Below are positions 38,203 through 50,451 of a stretch of DNA of 64,000 bases, in pieces. The notes beneath the pieces were generated by a model. The model had not been told where the DNA came from. It ran no database searches and worked only from the letters and a program-made list of their open reading frames with translations. Origin of the DNA: Sarea resinae (taxonomy: Eukaryota); contig JAPEUD010000020.1 in NCBI GenBank assembly GCA_026026165.1, positions 186,001 through 250,000 of the forward strand. Reading direction: 5' to 3'. The translations under genes and the position numbers were made by a program. How positions within the stretch are numbered: position 1 is the first letter of the stretch; the number at the start of each line of letters is the position of its first letter.

Positions 38203-38687
38203 CTACTCGCCAGATAGATAGTCAGTAAGATGTCAACCCTCTGACTTGTTTCTTCGTCTGCAAGATGTCCCAGTCGTTTTGCTAAGCGGTGAATGTTTCG
38301 ACCCCAGCCAACGCGCCGTACACGAGGATAACGTCAAATTCGAGCAGGGCAACGATGAATGCGCTGCATGACGATTGAGAGGCCAATGCCACTGTGGTTG
38401 GCCTTCGTTGTCGACATCAACGAGTTGATCGAGCGTGCTGCGGCATATCTTGGGTATTGACGACGGGGCCCCACAAAACCCCTCAACGCGCGGCGGAAAA
38501 GCGGCGGAACCCTCACAGTCGCATCGCATATGTTCAATCCTTCACCGCTCTCAATTGCCAGAAGACAGTAAAGCCTTGATGATGGATGGCCGATGGTTTC
38601 AGGATGCGCAGGCCGCCGACGTGAATGGCCCCCAGACTGGGACATCACATACGATGGAAAGGATGACGAAACGGAGAGGTACCTTAC
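38203..38687 (-). other. Predicted 5'-UTR intron (about 485 nt) of the 14-3-3 gene
   Basis: Strong donor CAG|GTAAGG at 38687, CTGAC branch at about 38225, TAG acceptor at 38203, 11 nt upstream of the ATG. CT-rich TSS-like sequence lies further upstream. Confidence 0.65.
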
Positions 38688-40426
38688 CTGAAGAGAAACC
38701 GGGAAATGGAGGGTTGAGACGGTGTTTGGAAGCGGAGATTCGAGATGGGATTTGCAGAGCTGATGGCGACCGTGTTGGTGGTTGAAAGCGGTGGATGGGG
38801 TTGAGCAGATTGCGTAAGTGACTTGGCGGTTGTTTGTGGGTGACAAGAGTGTGGGAGAGGGCAGAGTTGCAGATGAGATGGACGAGATGAGATGATTGAT
38901 GGGTTGGGAGAGGGAAGGGAAAGGAAGAGACTTGGGCTGTGTGGTACTGGTTGGCCGGCCGTGGTACTATGGGGAGAAGAAGCCTGGAGGGTCGAAGAGG
39001 AACGAAGGAAGTGAGAGGTACCTCGCCTGGCGTACTGCGTGGCCCGGCCGCGGTGCAGTAGGCGCCGGCCTCTACTTCGCTCGACGTCCCGAGTACCGAG
39101 TCCCGAGTACCGAGTACCAGAGAACCTCGTCGGTACCCAAAGAGGCTCCCCCTTCTGTGCGTGGTCCTCCTCCCTTCGCAGTCGTCCCTGGGCTGGGCCG
39201 CCAGTCGCCTCTGGGGCAGCAGGACTACCGAGTCTACTTGACCTACTCGTAATAGTACGTAAGAGTACCTTCTTCCTTTCTCTCTCTCTTCGTCTCATTC
39301 TCCTCGAACACGCACGGGGCACGGGGTCACTCCAATCTCGCCAAGCCTCGTTGGGGACGTTTAGCGAGCCATCCATCTGCAATCTCCAAGCAAAGGTACT
39401 GGAGATACGACTACTGAGTAGGTACTAAAGAGTCCATCATCGATGATACATTCGATCAGTGAGGCAGGACGACGGCCAAGTTGTTAGATGCTCAGGCAGA
39501 TGTCCATCATCACAGCAAATTGGCCTTCAGAGTCATCGAGACTTTCCTGGGGAGGACAAAGTAGGTAGGTGCCTGAGGTATATCATCAGCGTAGATCATT
39601 TCCATCCGATACGACGATGATCGGATGAATATCCGCAGTAGAGGGAAGAGTTCCATATCCATGATGTGAATGGAACGGGGTCGCAACGAGAAAGAGAGCA
39701 GAGAGAGCGTGTGTGATGTTACGTGATGTCCACTGGCTCTTCATGCGGTTGTGAAATGACCCTGGGCCCCTACCCCACGATCTCTGATTCCCATCCATGA
39801 TGGTCGTAGGATTTCGTGACGGGCAAGCCGGAGAAGGGCGGGCGAGAGGTCAATGATGGACCATGCCGTCATACCCTTCCAATATGTGACTTCCAGTTTC
39901 CATTTGAGGACCGCCGTGGAGCTGAGCCCCGATGATTCCACGATTCCACGATGGAAGGCATGAATCTGGATGCATGCATGCATCCATGGATGGACCGTGA
40001 TCCGCTGCAAATGACCGTGGCACTCTCGTTCTTCGTCAGCTCAGCCAGACTACTCCGTATGTATTGTCCTCGGCAGGGCCTGGTGGCCTGGTCAGCTGAC
40101 GGTATGCCGTCAGTCCGCAACAACCGAACCCCGAATGTTTCCCTCACTGCAGACGGCCGTGTATTCTCGACCTTGTTCCACCGCTCAAGGTGACTTGCAC
40201 TGCCCGTACTCTGGACTTGGCCGGACCTAAACTCGTTCTCAACTCCAACTCCAACGCGAGCAGTTCTTACCTCAGGTCTCTCTACCTCTTCTTTACTGTC
40301 CACTACACCACCAATCATCAACTTCACCCATACCCCTCCCGTCGTCTCGACCAGCCAAACACTCCACTCTACCCCAATTCCGCTCTTACCAAAACTCTCG
40401 AACTCTTGATTTTCCATCTTGCAACG

Positions 40427-41092
40427 ATGTTTCGTCAGAACATCATCAACTCTCTGCGCCCGGTGGCCCGCTCGAACAACACCAACTTCCTTCCGATTAC
40501 CGCCGTCCGCGCCATGAGTGAAGGTGCTACAGGTTCAGGCGCCTCGCGTGCTGGCGGTGAAGCGGCCGGGTAAGCTTCTACTGCATGATGTTCTTCTCTG
40601 CTGGTTGCACGCAAGCTTCGTGATTCATCCAGCTTTGGAAGAGATCTTGCCAGCTACTGATGTGCTCTCTTCTAGCGACGCCTATACCCGCCGCGAGAAA
40701 GCCCAAGAGGACTTCTACGTCAAGCAAAAGGAGAGGGAAAAGTGAGTACCGAGCTCCATCCGATGCTACTTCAATCAACAGTGCCAATGCATCGTCATTG
40801 CCATCCGCTGCCGCCTCGATTCGATCCCATCCGTTCGGCTTTTGATGTTCCTCGGCCGGCTACTTAGTGCATCAAGCTAACCGCTCCGACACAGGCTCTT
40901 GTCCCTCAAGGCCAAGCTCCAACAGCAGCGGGAGCACCTCGACGAGCTCGACAAGCACATGTATGTTCCCACCGTCTTTTTCATGACTATCTCCTTTCGA
41001 TCTTTGTCTTCTGCCTACTCGAGATACTGATCTTACATTCCTCGGCCTCCAGTGACGAATTGACCCGAGAGCAAGGCGGAGAGCAAAACTAA
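40427..41092 (+). CDS. INH1: Mitochondrial F1Fo-ATPase inhibitor IF1 (IATP family); 4 exons (40427-40569, 40676-40741, 40895-40960, 41053-41092)
   Basis: Presequence, then MSEGATGSG...G|DAYTRREKAQEDFYVKQKEREK|LLSLKAKLQQQREHLDELDKHI|DEL. Confidence 0.88.
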
Positions 41093-41834
41093 AGCCCATC
41101 TGTCCTGTGAAAAAATGGCATCTTCGCCCTCTCCAGCACGTCCTATGACAACAAATGGCCGAATTGGAACGAACGATTCGCCTTAATTAGCTTCCGAAGG
41201 ACGTGAACTTTTGTCCGTATCCTCTTCATCGTTGTCGATAGCAGCCGGGGAGATTTTTTACACATGTCCGAGGATAAGTGCAATGGCTTAGCAGGGGAAG
41301 AGCTCCGCGCGCATGTTATGATATCTTTTTGCCCTACGTGTGAGGACAGAGAAGCAGGATGCCCATGTGAATTGTTTTTTTGTGTAAACAGGGCATGCAT
41401 TAGCTGGCAGGACGAGAAATTCCAAATGTATACTTTTCCAGCATCGGATGGACCCGTCGCCTTGCTTTTGGGCTCCCCCAAGATCTGACCTTTACCAACG
41501 CCCTTTCGATGGCCCGAGATGAACTCATTCTGTGTTCTTTTGACATGACTGACCACGATCCTTTTCATTCCGATCTTGTTCTTGTGCAACAGTACAACTG
41601 AAAATCATAGATCCGGCTATCGTACAAGGAAAACTGCTCCTGAATTCGAAGCCAGTGCAGCCATTTACCCCTACCTCATCCTCCATCCCGCCCGCTCCGT
41701 GAGCTTGCAAGAAAATTACATCATGTTGCACAAGGATATAATAGTAGAGTGACGACGCAACTTCCATGATCATGATTCACCCCCCCTTTCTTCATCTTTT
41801 GACTTCCGCACCCTTTCCTGAACAGAGTCCGCCA

Positions 41835-44318
41835 TCATCTCCGTCCCATATAGGACCGATAGAAGTCGTCAGCGGCATCGCCCCCGCCCCCGATACCACC
41901 GTGGCCGTTCAGCCCGCCGCCTCCAAGCGACAGGCCCTGACTTGCCGCTTTCTGGGCGGCGCTCACACGAGCGGCGAGGTTGGCGGCACCTTGGTCGATG
42001 GACTGGAGTTGCACGAGGTGGCTGTTCAGGATGCGGACGACTTGCGAGAGCTGTTTCAGAGAGTGGAAGTTAGCTTAGTTTAGTCTCGGTGATTGATTGG
42101 CCAGGGGCACAGATGTGGGAGGGAATGAGAGATGGAAGCGGGAGGAGACGCAAGGGCAGAGTGAGAGAGAGAGGGAGAGAGAAGGTCTTACTGGATCGTC
42201 CGGTTTGCTGGTCTTGCTGAGCGTAGAGGACGCGGTGTTGATCTCCTCGATCATGCTGGTGAGATCCCTGCCCATTTCATCCAGGCGCTCCTGAAGCTTT
42301 TCCGCCAGTTTGTATCTGTGTGCGCGAAATGGATACCGTTAGCCTTTGATGCGGCAAAGAATGAAAAGGAGAAAGGAGGGCCGGGATATCACTCACGTGC
42401 GCTCGCGCTCCTGATCCGGACCTTGCAGTCCCTCAGCGCCGCCTCCAACTTGCCTCGCCATCAAATCATCCACTTCCCTCTCGTACCTGTCCAACCAGCC
42501 GCTGAGCTCGTCCTGCTGGCTCTCGACAGACGTCAATTGCCTCTCGACTTCTGAGCTAGCGCGTTCGGCTTCGAATGTGCTAGCATACAGCTTAGCGATC
42601 TTATCGCTGTTCTCAACAAGCATGCGGTCCCAGGCTGCAACACTTTCGGCCTGCTGCTGAAACTCCTTTTGATAGCGTGAGAGGTCCGAGGCCCAGCGAG
42701 TGATGATCTCGTCCATGGTCTTGTTCTTGAGCCGTGATTGAGCAGACGGGGCTGGGCCTGTGGTCGAGCTACCCAGCGTATTGTTAGTGGCGGCTGCTGT
42801 GGTGGAGCCACCAGGAGCAGTAGTAGCGTTAGTAGAGGCTGTCGCTGAAGGTTGAGATGTCGAGGCTGGTGCAGGCTTATTAACACCGCCGAATAGACTA
42901 GAGGTTGGGGCGGAAGCACTCGTCGAAGCTGGACCGCTGGTAGCAGTCGTGCTCGGAGCGGTAGTGGCGGTGGATGCCGCCTCCGCTGTCGACTTCTGCA
43001 GATTTCCAAATAAGCTGGACGATGAAGCTGTAGTACCAGACCCCGAAGCAGTGGCGGGGGATCCGGTAGACAAAGAATTCGTAGTTGACCCTGCCTTATT
43101 ACCAAAGAGGCTCACATTTGCGGGGGCTGATTGAGGCTGGCTAGAAGCGGGAGCTGCTGAGGATGTAAAGCTAAATGCAGGTTTCGGAGGAGCAGCACTA
43201 GGGCCACTTGTATTCGTATTTTTGAATAGAGACTGTGTCTGGGCGGATTGCGCATTTCCTGAAGCTGCATTTCCTAGACCACCGAAAAGTGACTGGGGCT
43301 TGGCCGCGCTATCCTGTTGCCCCGATTGCTGGGCCGTGTTGGCCGACGCTGCTGGCTGGGAAGATGAGGTTTCAGGCTTCTGTTGAGCCTGACCAAAACC
43401 GCCAAAGGAGCTGGGAGTAGACTGGGGAGCTGTGTTGTTGGCGTTGGAAAACATGCCTCCACTGGAGCTGCCATTAGATGGTGAGAATAGACTTGACTTT
43501 TGCTGCGCAGGGGGGGCATTCTCTGCCGGTTTTGAACCGAAAAGACCACCCGCAGTTGGCACAGTAGATGATGACTGTGGCCCGGCTGGCTGTGAGCCGT
43601 TCTTATTACCGAACAAGCTGGACCCCTGGCCGGGAGCCGTTTGCGCGCTGGCCTGGTTCCCAAATAGGCTCGGCGATTGAGCACTTGCTTTACCTCCGAA
43701 AAGGTTACCTGCCTGTTGTTGTTGGGATTGACCTCCACTCGGTGGGGGGCCAGCAGGAGTCGTGGAGAGATTTGCGAGTGAGAACCCGGTCTTTGCAGGT
43801 GCAGGAGTAGAAGAAACATTTGCGGCAGAAGACGTCGCGGTTGAACCGAAGCCGCCGCCAAACAGATTGGAGCTGTTACCACTGGTGTTGTTGGCAGTTC
43901 CAAAGAGGCCACCAGCTGAACCCGGTCCTGAGCTTGTGGGAGTGACAGCTTTCAAACCGCCCCCGAAGGTGGCTCCACTACCTGCGCCCTGGTTCTGTCC
44001 GAATGATAAGCCAGTAGAGCCGGTGTTGCTCCCACCGCCGAACATGTTGGAAGTCCCGGAGCCGCTGCCGGCGCCAAATGCGGATGAGCCCTGACCAGAT
44101 TTGCCAAACAACGAGGGCGATTGAGCACCCGAGGTAGTCCCTAGATTACCGAACGTATTTGGTGCTGATGTGGTTGGTGTGTTGTTCCCGGACCCGAATA
44201 AGCTTCCGCTTGTGTTCTTGTTGCCTTGACCAAATAAGCCTCCGGCATTTGGCGCACCACTGGTCGCTGTACTTCCAAAGCTGAACGTAGGTGTGGTTTT
44301 GGGCGTATCTCCGGACAT
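41835..44318 (-). CDS. NSP1: FG nucleoporin Nsp1 (Nup62 family), two introns near the 3' end
   Basis: Long SLFG/GLFG/FSFG repeat domain, then Nsp1_C: SRLKNKTMDEIITRWASDL...WDRMLVENSDKI...PDQERERT|YKLAE...DDP|LSQVVRILNSHL. Confidence 0.92.
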
Positions 44319-45049
44319 TATGGCGACTTCAGTCTTCGAGAGGGAAAGAGTCTCAGTTGGGCTCAGGGTTCGAGGCTGGACGCCTGATGAGGAGCGCGCC
44401 AACCGTCGGCGTCGCCTGAAATGAGAACAACCAAATAGGGATTCTGTGATGAAAGATAAGTCAGGGTCTGAGCTTCGCGCAGGTGATTTCCGCTTGCTCG
44501 TTCAGCAAAGCGATGTGAGATTCACTGTGAGGATAAGATTTTGGAAGACGTACTGTCACCGGTCTCAGCTCAACCTGGGAGAAACGTTTAGCTCTATGAA
44601 GCTAGTGAATGGCAAGGAATCAGATTTAGTGAGGAATCAAGCTCCTAGTAGACTGCTGTCTCAGCTGATCCGGAGAATGGGTGTTTTGTGATATGGGAGG
44701 TATGTATGGGTTTGGTGTTTTTGGTTTCGACGTGTTTGAGCCGCATTGCACTGGTCCATTGATGGGCATTTAGCGCGTAAGAAGAACGTAAGTACGAAGT
44801 AACTGCACTATATATCGGTACTCTACCGTACTGTGTACCAACAGCAGGAGCTACAGCTACGGAGCTACCCAGAAGAGACCTGGTACGTCCCATCTCCTCT
44901 ACTCTGCAAACGGAGAGGGGGTGTTATTGTTGGCATACGTTTGCTCAATCACGTCGAGCGAAATCTCACGGCCTTTTATACCCTTCTGGAGCGAGACAAG
45001 GACACCTCAAAGCCGCTCAATTGGACCAGTTCATACCAAGGCCGCTTAT

Positions 45050-46868
45050 ATGGCGGATCTATCTTCGTCAACCGAAGAATTAAAGCCGCCGAGGAAGAGC
45101 GTCGAGCTGGAGGATCCTGGTGCGCATGAGCTAGGTTGCTGACCCTTGACTCCTTCTTTCCTCCGAAGGCCTCTGAAGCTGCTGTTGTATGTGCTGATGC
45201 CTCTGTCCTGGATAGATTCGTCCGAGACCGAAGAGCACTTTTCCGATGCATCGGAAGGCCAGCTGCCTGCCTCTGATGACTCTGGCAAATTGTCGCCAGT
45301 GCCAACGACAAGGGTCGAGAAGGTGGATGACGAGCCTGCCCATGGAGAAGTCCCCGGTACTCTAGCGTATGATATGCGGACGCAGGACGCCGTACCAGAC
45401 GAACTTGAGGTCATCCAAGAAGGCGGACGGAGTAGGAGCAATTCAGGCGTGGACGCTGCCGATCGGCCCTCTACGCCTGGAGGCGCGCCAATACCTACCA
45501 CTGTGGTTGAGAAGGTCGATCCTTCATCTCCAAGCCATGGCGATATCCCGGGGACTGCTGCCCATGAGATAAGGAAGGCCGATGCTGTCCCTGATCTTGT
45601 TCTGAAAGTGCACGAGGGCGAGTCACGGTCTCGGAGTGCTTCAACAACATCTGTTACCGCACATGATGTGCCTATACCTATAACTACCGTGTCTGATGTC
45701 GATGCGGGAAGGACAGAGCAACATGACAATCTAGCAGGTATGTAATGCCCATTTTTTCTACAATTCAGCGATCCATTGACCTGGTAAGGGTTACCAACTC
45801 CGCCGAGAAATAGATCCCCATCGCAAACCTTCAAGCGGCGGAAATCTCTAAGTGCTCGGCGGCCCTCGACAGTAGGGAGGCCGCGGGGCCTCTCCAATCT
45901 AGGCAGTGGACAGTTCTTAGCAACTGAGGAAAGCAATGAGGGCTCATTTGATGCGTTTGCTGATGATTTTGACGATTTCGAGGAAGGAGGCGAACATGAT
46001 GATTTTGGTGAATTTGATGACGGATTTCAAGACTCGGGCCAGGGTTTCGATAAGGCAACGGATGAATCTGGTGACTTCGATGCATCTCCTCCGATAGCTT
46101 CATTTGTAAGTAACATCACATGTGCGAGGAAAAATAGCAAATCTATTTCGACGGAAGCCACGTAAGCTGATCGTTCCGATGAACTAGCCAGCAGTAAATT
46201 TCGAAGAGAGCTCTGAAAAGGTCTTTGCGGTGGTAAACCCCATTATAAGCGCACTGTTCGCCGAACCCACAGCCGACTTCCCTTCACTCGACGACCGACA
46301 GCAAGAAGATTCGCTCTTTCTCACAGAGCGCAGTGCTTCGCTTTGGTCTCAACTTGTTGCTCCACCCCCTCTGCAGCCACCGAACTGGGTACGCTCTCGC
46401 ATACGTCGGCTGTTTCTTGTCTCTCTCGGTGTGCCAGTAGATCTCGATGAGATCCTACCAGCTAGCAAGCAAAAGAAGCTTGTACTCCCGTCTACGCGGC
46501 TATCTGTCGACTCTCGAATCCGCGGAAATTCGTCAGAAGACGTGTCAGGGACGAGGGCGAAGCAGGCGAACGGATCTTCGGTTTCGGCTGGCTCTTCAGG
46601 GACTCGGAAACGAAAGGGCCACCCTCCCCCACCAGAATTCGACGCTGGCGCGGCTAAGATGACGTGCGCCACTACTGATGTAGCATTGAGCAATCTGACG
46701 GACAAAGAACTGCAAGATCACGTGGCACGCCTCCGAGAACTCATTGCCCGATCGGGCGAGGTTCTGGAATACTGGCTGAAGAGAAAAGATGGGGCTATGG
46801 GAGATAAAGAGGCTTTTGAAGAGGTGATTGAGAACCTCGTCAAGCATGCTAGAAAAATAAGAAAGTAG
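45050..46868 (+). CDS. Laa2/YBL010C-like (DUF5102) protein, putative AP-1 accessory factor; introns about 45120-45215, 45738-45920 (acceptor uncertain) and 46106-46187
   Basis: C-terminal FLTERSASLWSQLVAPPPLQPPNWVRSRIRRLFLVSLGVPVDLDEILP, acidic DDFDDF/DDFGEF motifs and N-terminal repeats. Family assigned from memory. Confidence 0.7.
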
Positions 46869-49800
46869 GGCCGTTTGACTCGCTTCCCGATTTGGCTCAT
46901 GCTCGACACCACATGGCTTGCAGCCACACAAGCCCCAAGCTTGGGAAAGCTTGGTAGATGTCGGATTTTACTTCGTGCCTTTCGGAGCATACTTATCTTT
47001 TGGGACCTCGGCATGGAGGCAAGGGGGGCTTTGCGAAAGAAAAGGGCGTAAGGCCGGCAGGTACTTGGGAGAACTAAGGCGCATTTCTATTATGATCCTA
47101 ATGGGCAAGAAAAGAGGCTCGCCCCTCAAGCCTCTGATCAGAAGATGCTTCGATGACCGTAATTATATCATAACAAACTCTTTTAGATATCTATTCGTCG
47201 CACAGAATAAGTTATAGCCTTTTATTGTCTGATAGAATACAAATATCAGTCAGTTTCATCGTATGGTGAGCAAAGATAAAGAAGAAGACAATTAGTGTGG
47301 CCGCCAGCTGGTCATAGCTTTCTCCGTTTCCTCCCAGGGTTCATGTAACCTAGACATCATTGATATCAATGGTGATGCGTTCGACGGAACATATCCGCCG
47401 AGAACGAAAATCCATGATTAGACTGTCCTACAACAGTTAGTAGACGGCGCAGGGTCCAATGCTCGTGTAGGTCCAGGCTCGAAACTCAAAGACGGTATCT
47501 GGGTGCCGAAATACGAGCTCCAGACCTCTACTAAACGCTACAGTGAGTAAAAAGGGCATGACGGCTTTGCTGGCCCGAGGTCTCTGGAGATACTACGGAC
47601 GGAATCTATTTACACGCGCTGAAGACATTCAATCTATATGGTAACAACGTACCGGCATCTCAGAAAAGCTTTCTGATTCAGCTGGGAATCTCTAGTGTCA
47701 TACCTTATGATCAGCGAACCCAAGATGCTATTTCGCTCATGGATGCTGGTTCCCGTGGTTAGGCTACGCTGCGGATAGGTAGGTACGAAGGAGTATTATG
47801 CAAATTTACCTAAATTGTAGGTACTACGTAGTAGTTAGGTACCTTGGCCAGTGTCCCCTCGGGCCCGAAGCGTATAAAGTACGAAGCCCTTCGTACTCGG
47901 TAGGTACGGGATCCAATCCATCCAAGCTATCAGAGCGGAGTGGGGAGGCGATCAGGGCTCTCAGCTTTGTAGATCGCACAATCTTATGGGCAAGCCTGGT
48001 GTGAATTCTGCATGCTACGAGCAACGAATTGCTGGTGTCGGAATGTACTTCCCTATGGTTTGCACCAACAAGATGCAATGAATCTCCAGATCCCCTGTTC
48101 TCCGACCTTGCCGTTAACAGTATCTTTGCTTGGTCGTGTCTTACTCGAAAAGTATGGTCAGGTAGTTGCTCTCGCAGGTAGCTTCGGACATGGATAAAGC
48201 ACCTTGAAGGCATCGTGCCGCTCCCAAGGCTGCAAGTCCACCGCTCGCTGCGATCTCACGTCTGAAACGGCTTGCGCACAGCCACTATCGATTAGTTCGT
48301 CACAGCATTTGATCCACCGAGATGAAGTCTGCTCCACCATCGATTGGCAGATTGGTCGTGGCAAGTAGGTGATTCGTATAGTACATACCGTAGTCCAAGT
48401 GCTCTGTCGAAGAGAAACAGTCGGGTTGCATCTTTCGACGAGGATGTCTTTCCTCATTTGCCAAGGCTCTGATACGGGCCCGCCCAAGGGTCTCTTGATT
48501 GCCCATGAGACGTCATCCAATATTCTCACGACCTGAAAGAGCCTGAAGGATGACAGCGGGAGACGGCACACGCAAAGAGCATTGACTTTTGCTGGGGTAA
48601 GGGGCCCGGGGGAGTATCAGGGGGACAGCACGCTCCTCTGCGTACTCCGGAGTACTCTGCTCTGTACTTTGTCCTTCGTACCTTCCTACGCAGTGCGCTC
48701 GTCGTGCTTCGTAATCGATCTGGCTTTACGCAGTACCTAGTCACTACTATGGAGTTCAGAGAAGAAGAGATAGCAGCTTGTAGGGAGCATGCATGTTGAT
48801 ACCCGCGACCTTGCTCTCCCCACCAAATGATCTCGGGATGCTGCCATGCATTCTGCTACTGCGTCACCCTGTCAGTTGATTCGCTGCATGAGACAATGGT
48901 GTCGTGACACAGCATCTGCCAGCCTTCGACTGTCGCTCGCTTCTCGATTGTGCCGGTTCGCATCCAATCCACCACTTCCCTCGCATTCTGCATTCCACGC
49001 CTTCCATCAGGTGCGCGCTCCGTGCCCGCGGCTAGACGGGAGACAGAAGAGCTCGAAGCCACCTAGCCACCGGGGGGACTGTCCTTCGTACTTCAGACAA
49101 CTGTGTAGTAGCGCAGAGGGAGGGGAGGGGAGGGGAAGGGGGCAGGAAGAGAAAGGGAGAGAGAGGGAGGGACAGATGAATGTGAAAGTCATGGCCTTGA
49201 ATTGGGATTATTATCTGGTCCCTTTGTTCTTCTCAATCAATGATTCCCATCCCATCCCATCCCATCCACTGCAGCCAACTACGTAATGGCCCTCCCCAGA
49301 GTCACTTGGGAGGTATTGGCTCATCGTGCTACCCGCGAGTGTGTTGGGATTCGTTCGTGTGTTCGTACTATCTCTTCTTGTCTCGGCGGCCATCACCCAT
49401 CACCCATCATCCATCATCTCCACTACTGGAGGCACGGACTCGGTTTTAGGTAACTTCGTACTGTGCCCTTGTCCTTGCCATGCAAATGAGCCGTTCTGTC
49501 GCTCCAGCCCTCCTCCTTGGCTGCCCGTTGTCTCTAGGACCGGTTAGCTTGAGACAGCCGAAAGCCTAGAGGTTGCCTACTACGAATACCGGACAAAGCT
49601 CCCCCCACCTCACCATTCCGCCAACCAACTGAGTCCTTCCCTGAGGGGTCTTCGTACTGTGGACGGAGTACTGCTGCGTACTGCATCCGTACCGACCCTA
49701 CCTCACGGAACGCGCGCAAAACATTCCCGAAGAAGCTCCCAAGAATCAGGAAAACTTCGACTCGTCGTGAGGCATTCACGGAGTAGGTTGGTGGTAGTTC

Positions 49801-50451
49801 GGCAGCACAGATCCCATCTTCGTGCCCTTTTCGGTGCCTCTTCCCGTACGCCAAGGACCCAACTCCTGCTGCTACTGTTCTCGCATCTGTTCTCGCATCT
49901 GTTCTCGCTTGGGGTACTTCGTGTCGACCTCATCGTTACCTCCCAGGTCAGGTACCTCCCTACCTTACCTACCTTACCTACTGCCTACTACCTTGCTCAC
50001 TTTCGCACGCCTCGAGAGAAAGAAGGGTTCCTGAGTAGGTAACGCTCGCCGAACCCTTTCCCGGCCAGAACTCTCTCCCTTCCTTACCCAAAAGCCTCAG
50101 CTAGCACGACTTGGAAATTGCAACGACCGCCCGTGAACCCCGACGATCATCCACAGGTGTCAGGACGACTGATCCTTCCTTACTTGTGAGGTCGCAAATC
50201 ATCTGCTCCGAGTACATACCGTACCATACTTATCCTTACCAGCCCACCTATCTGCGGTAGGTAGGTATCGTACGGCCTACCAGAGCCAACGTCTGGTATC
50301 GGCTCACCACGTGAAATTTCGACCTTCCCACAATCACTGCTTCTCCTCCGTTTCGAGCTCATCCGAGACTGAATGGTCCTTCCCACAATTCGCGGCTCCC
50401 AACATCTCAGCCGATGACGGTTTAGCTCTATCCGACGTGAGAGCCAGCGCC

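Noticed and set aside
38684..39428. ORFs of 118-232 aa between 14-3-3 and IF1
   Set aside because: They overlap CT-rich promoter and UTR sequence and lack coding signatures.
42780..44318. Low-complexity repetitive coding sequence
   Set aside because: Expected FG-repeat domain of Nsp1.
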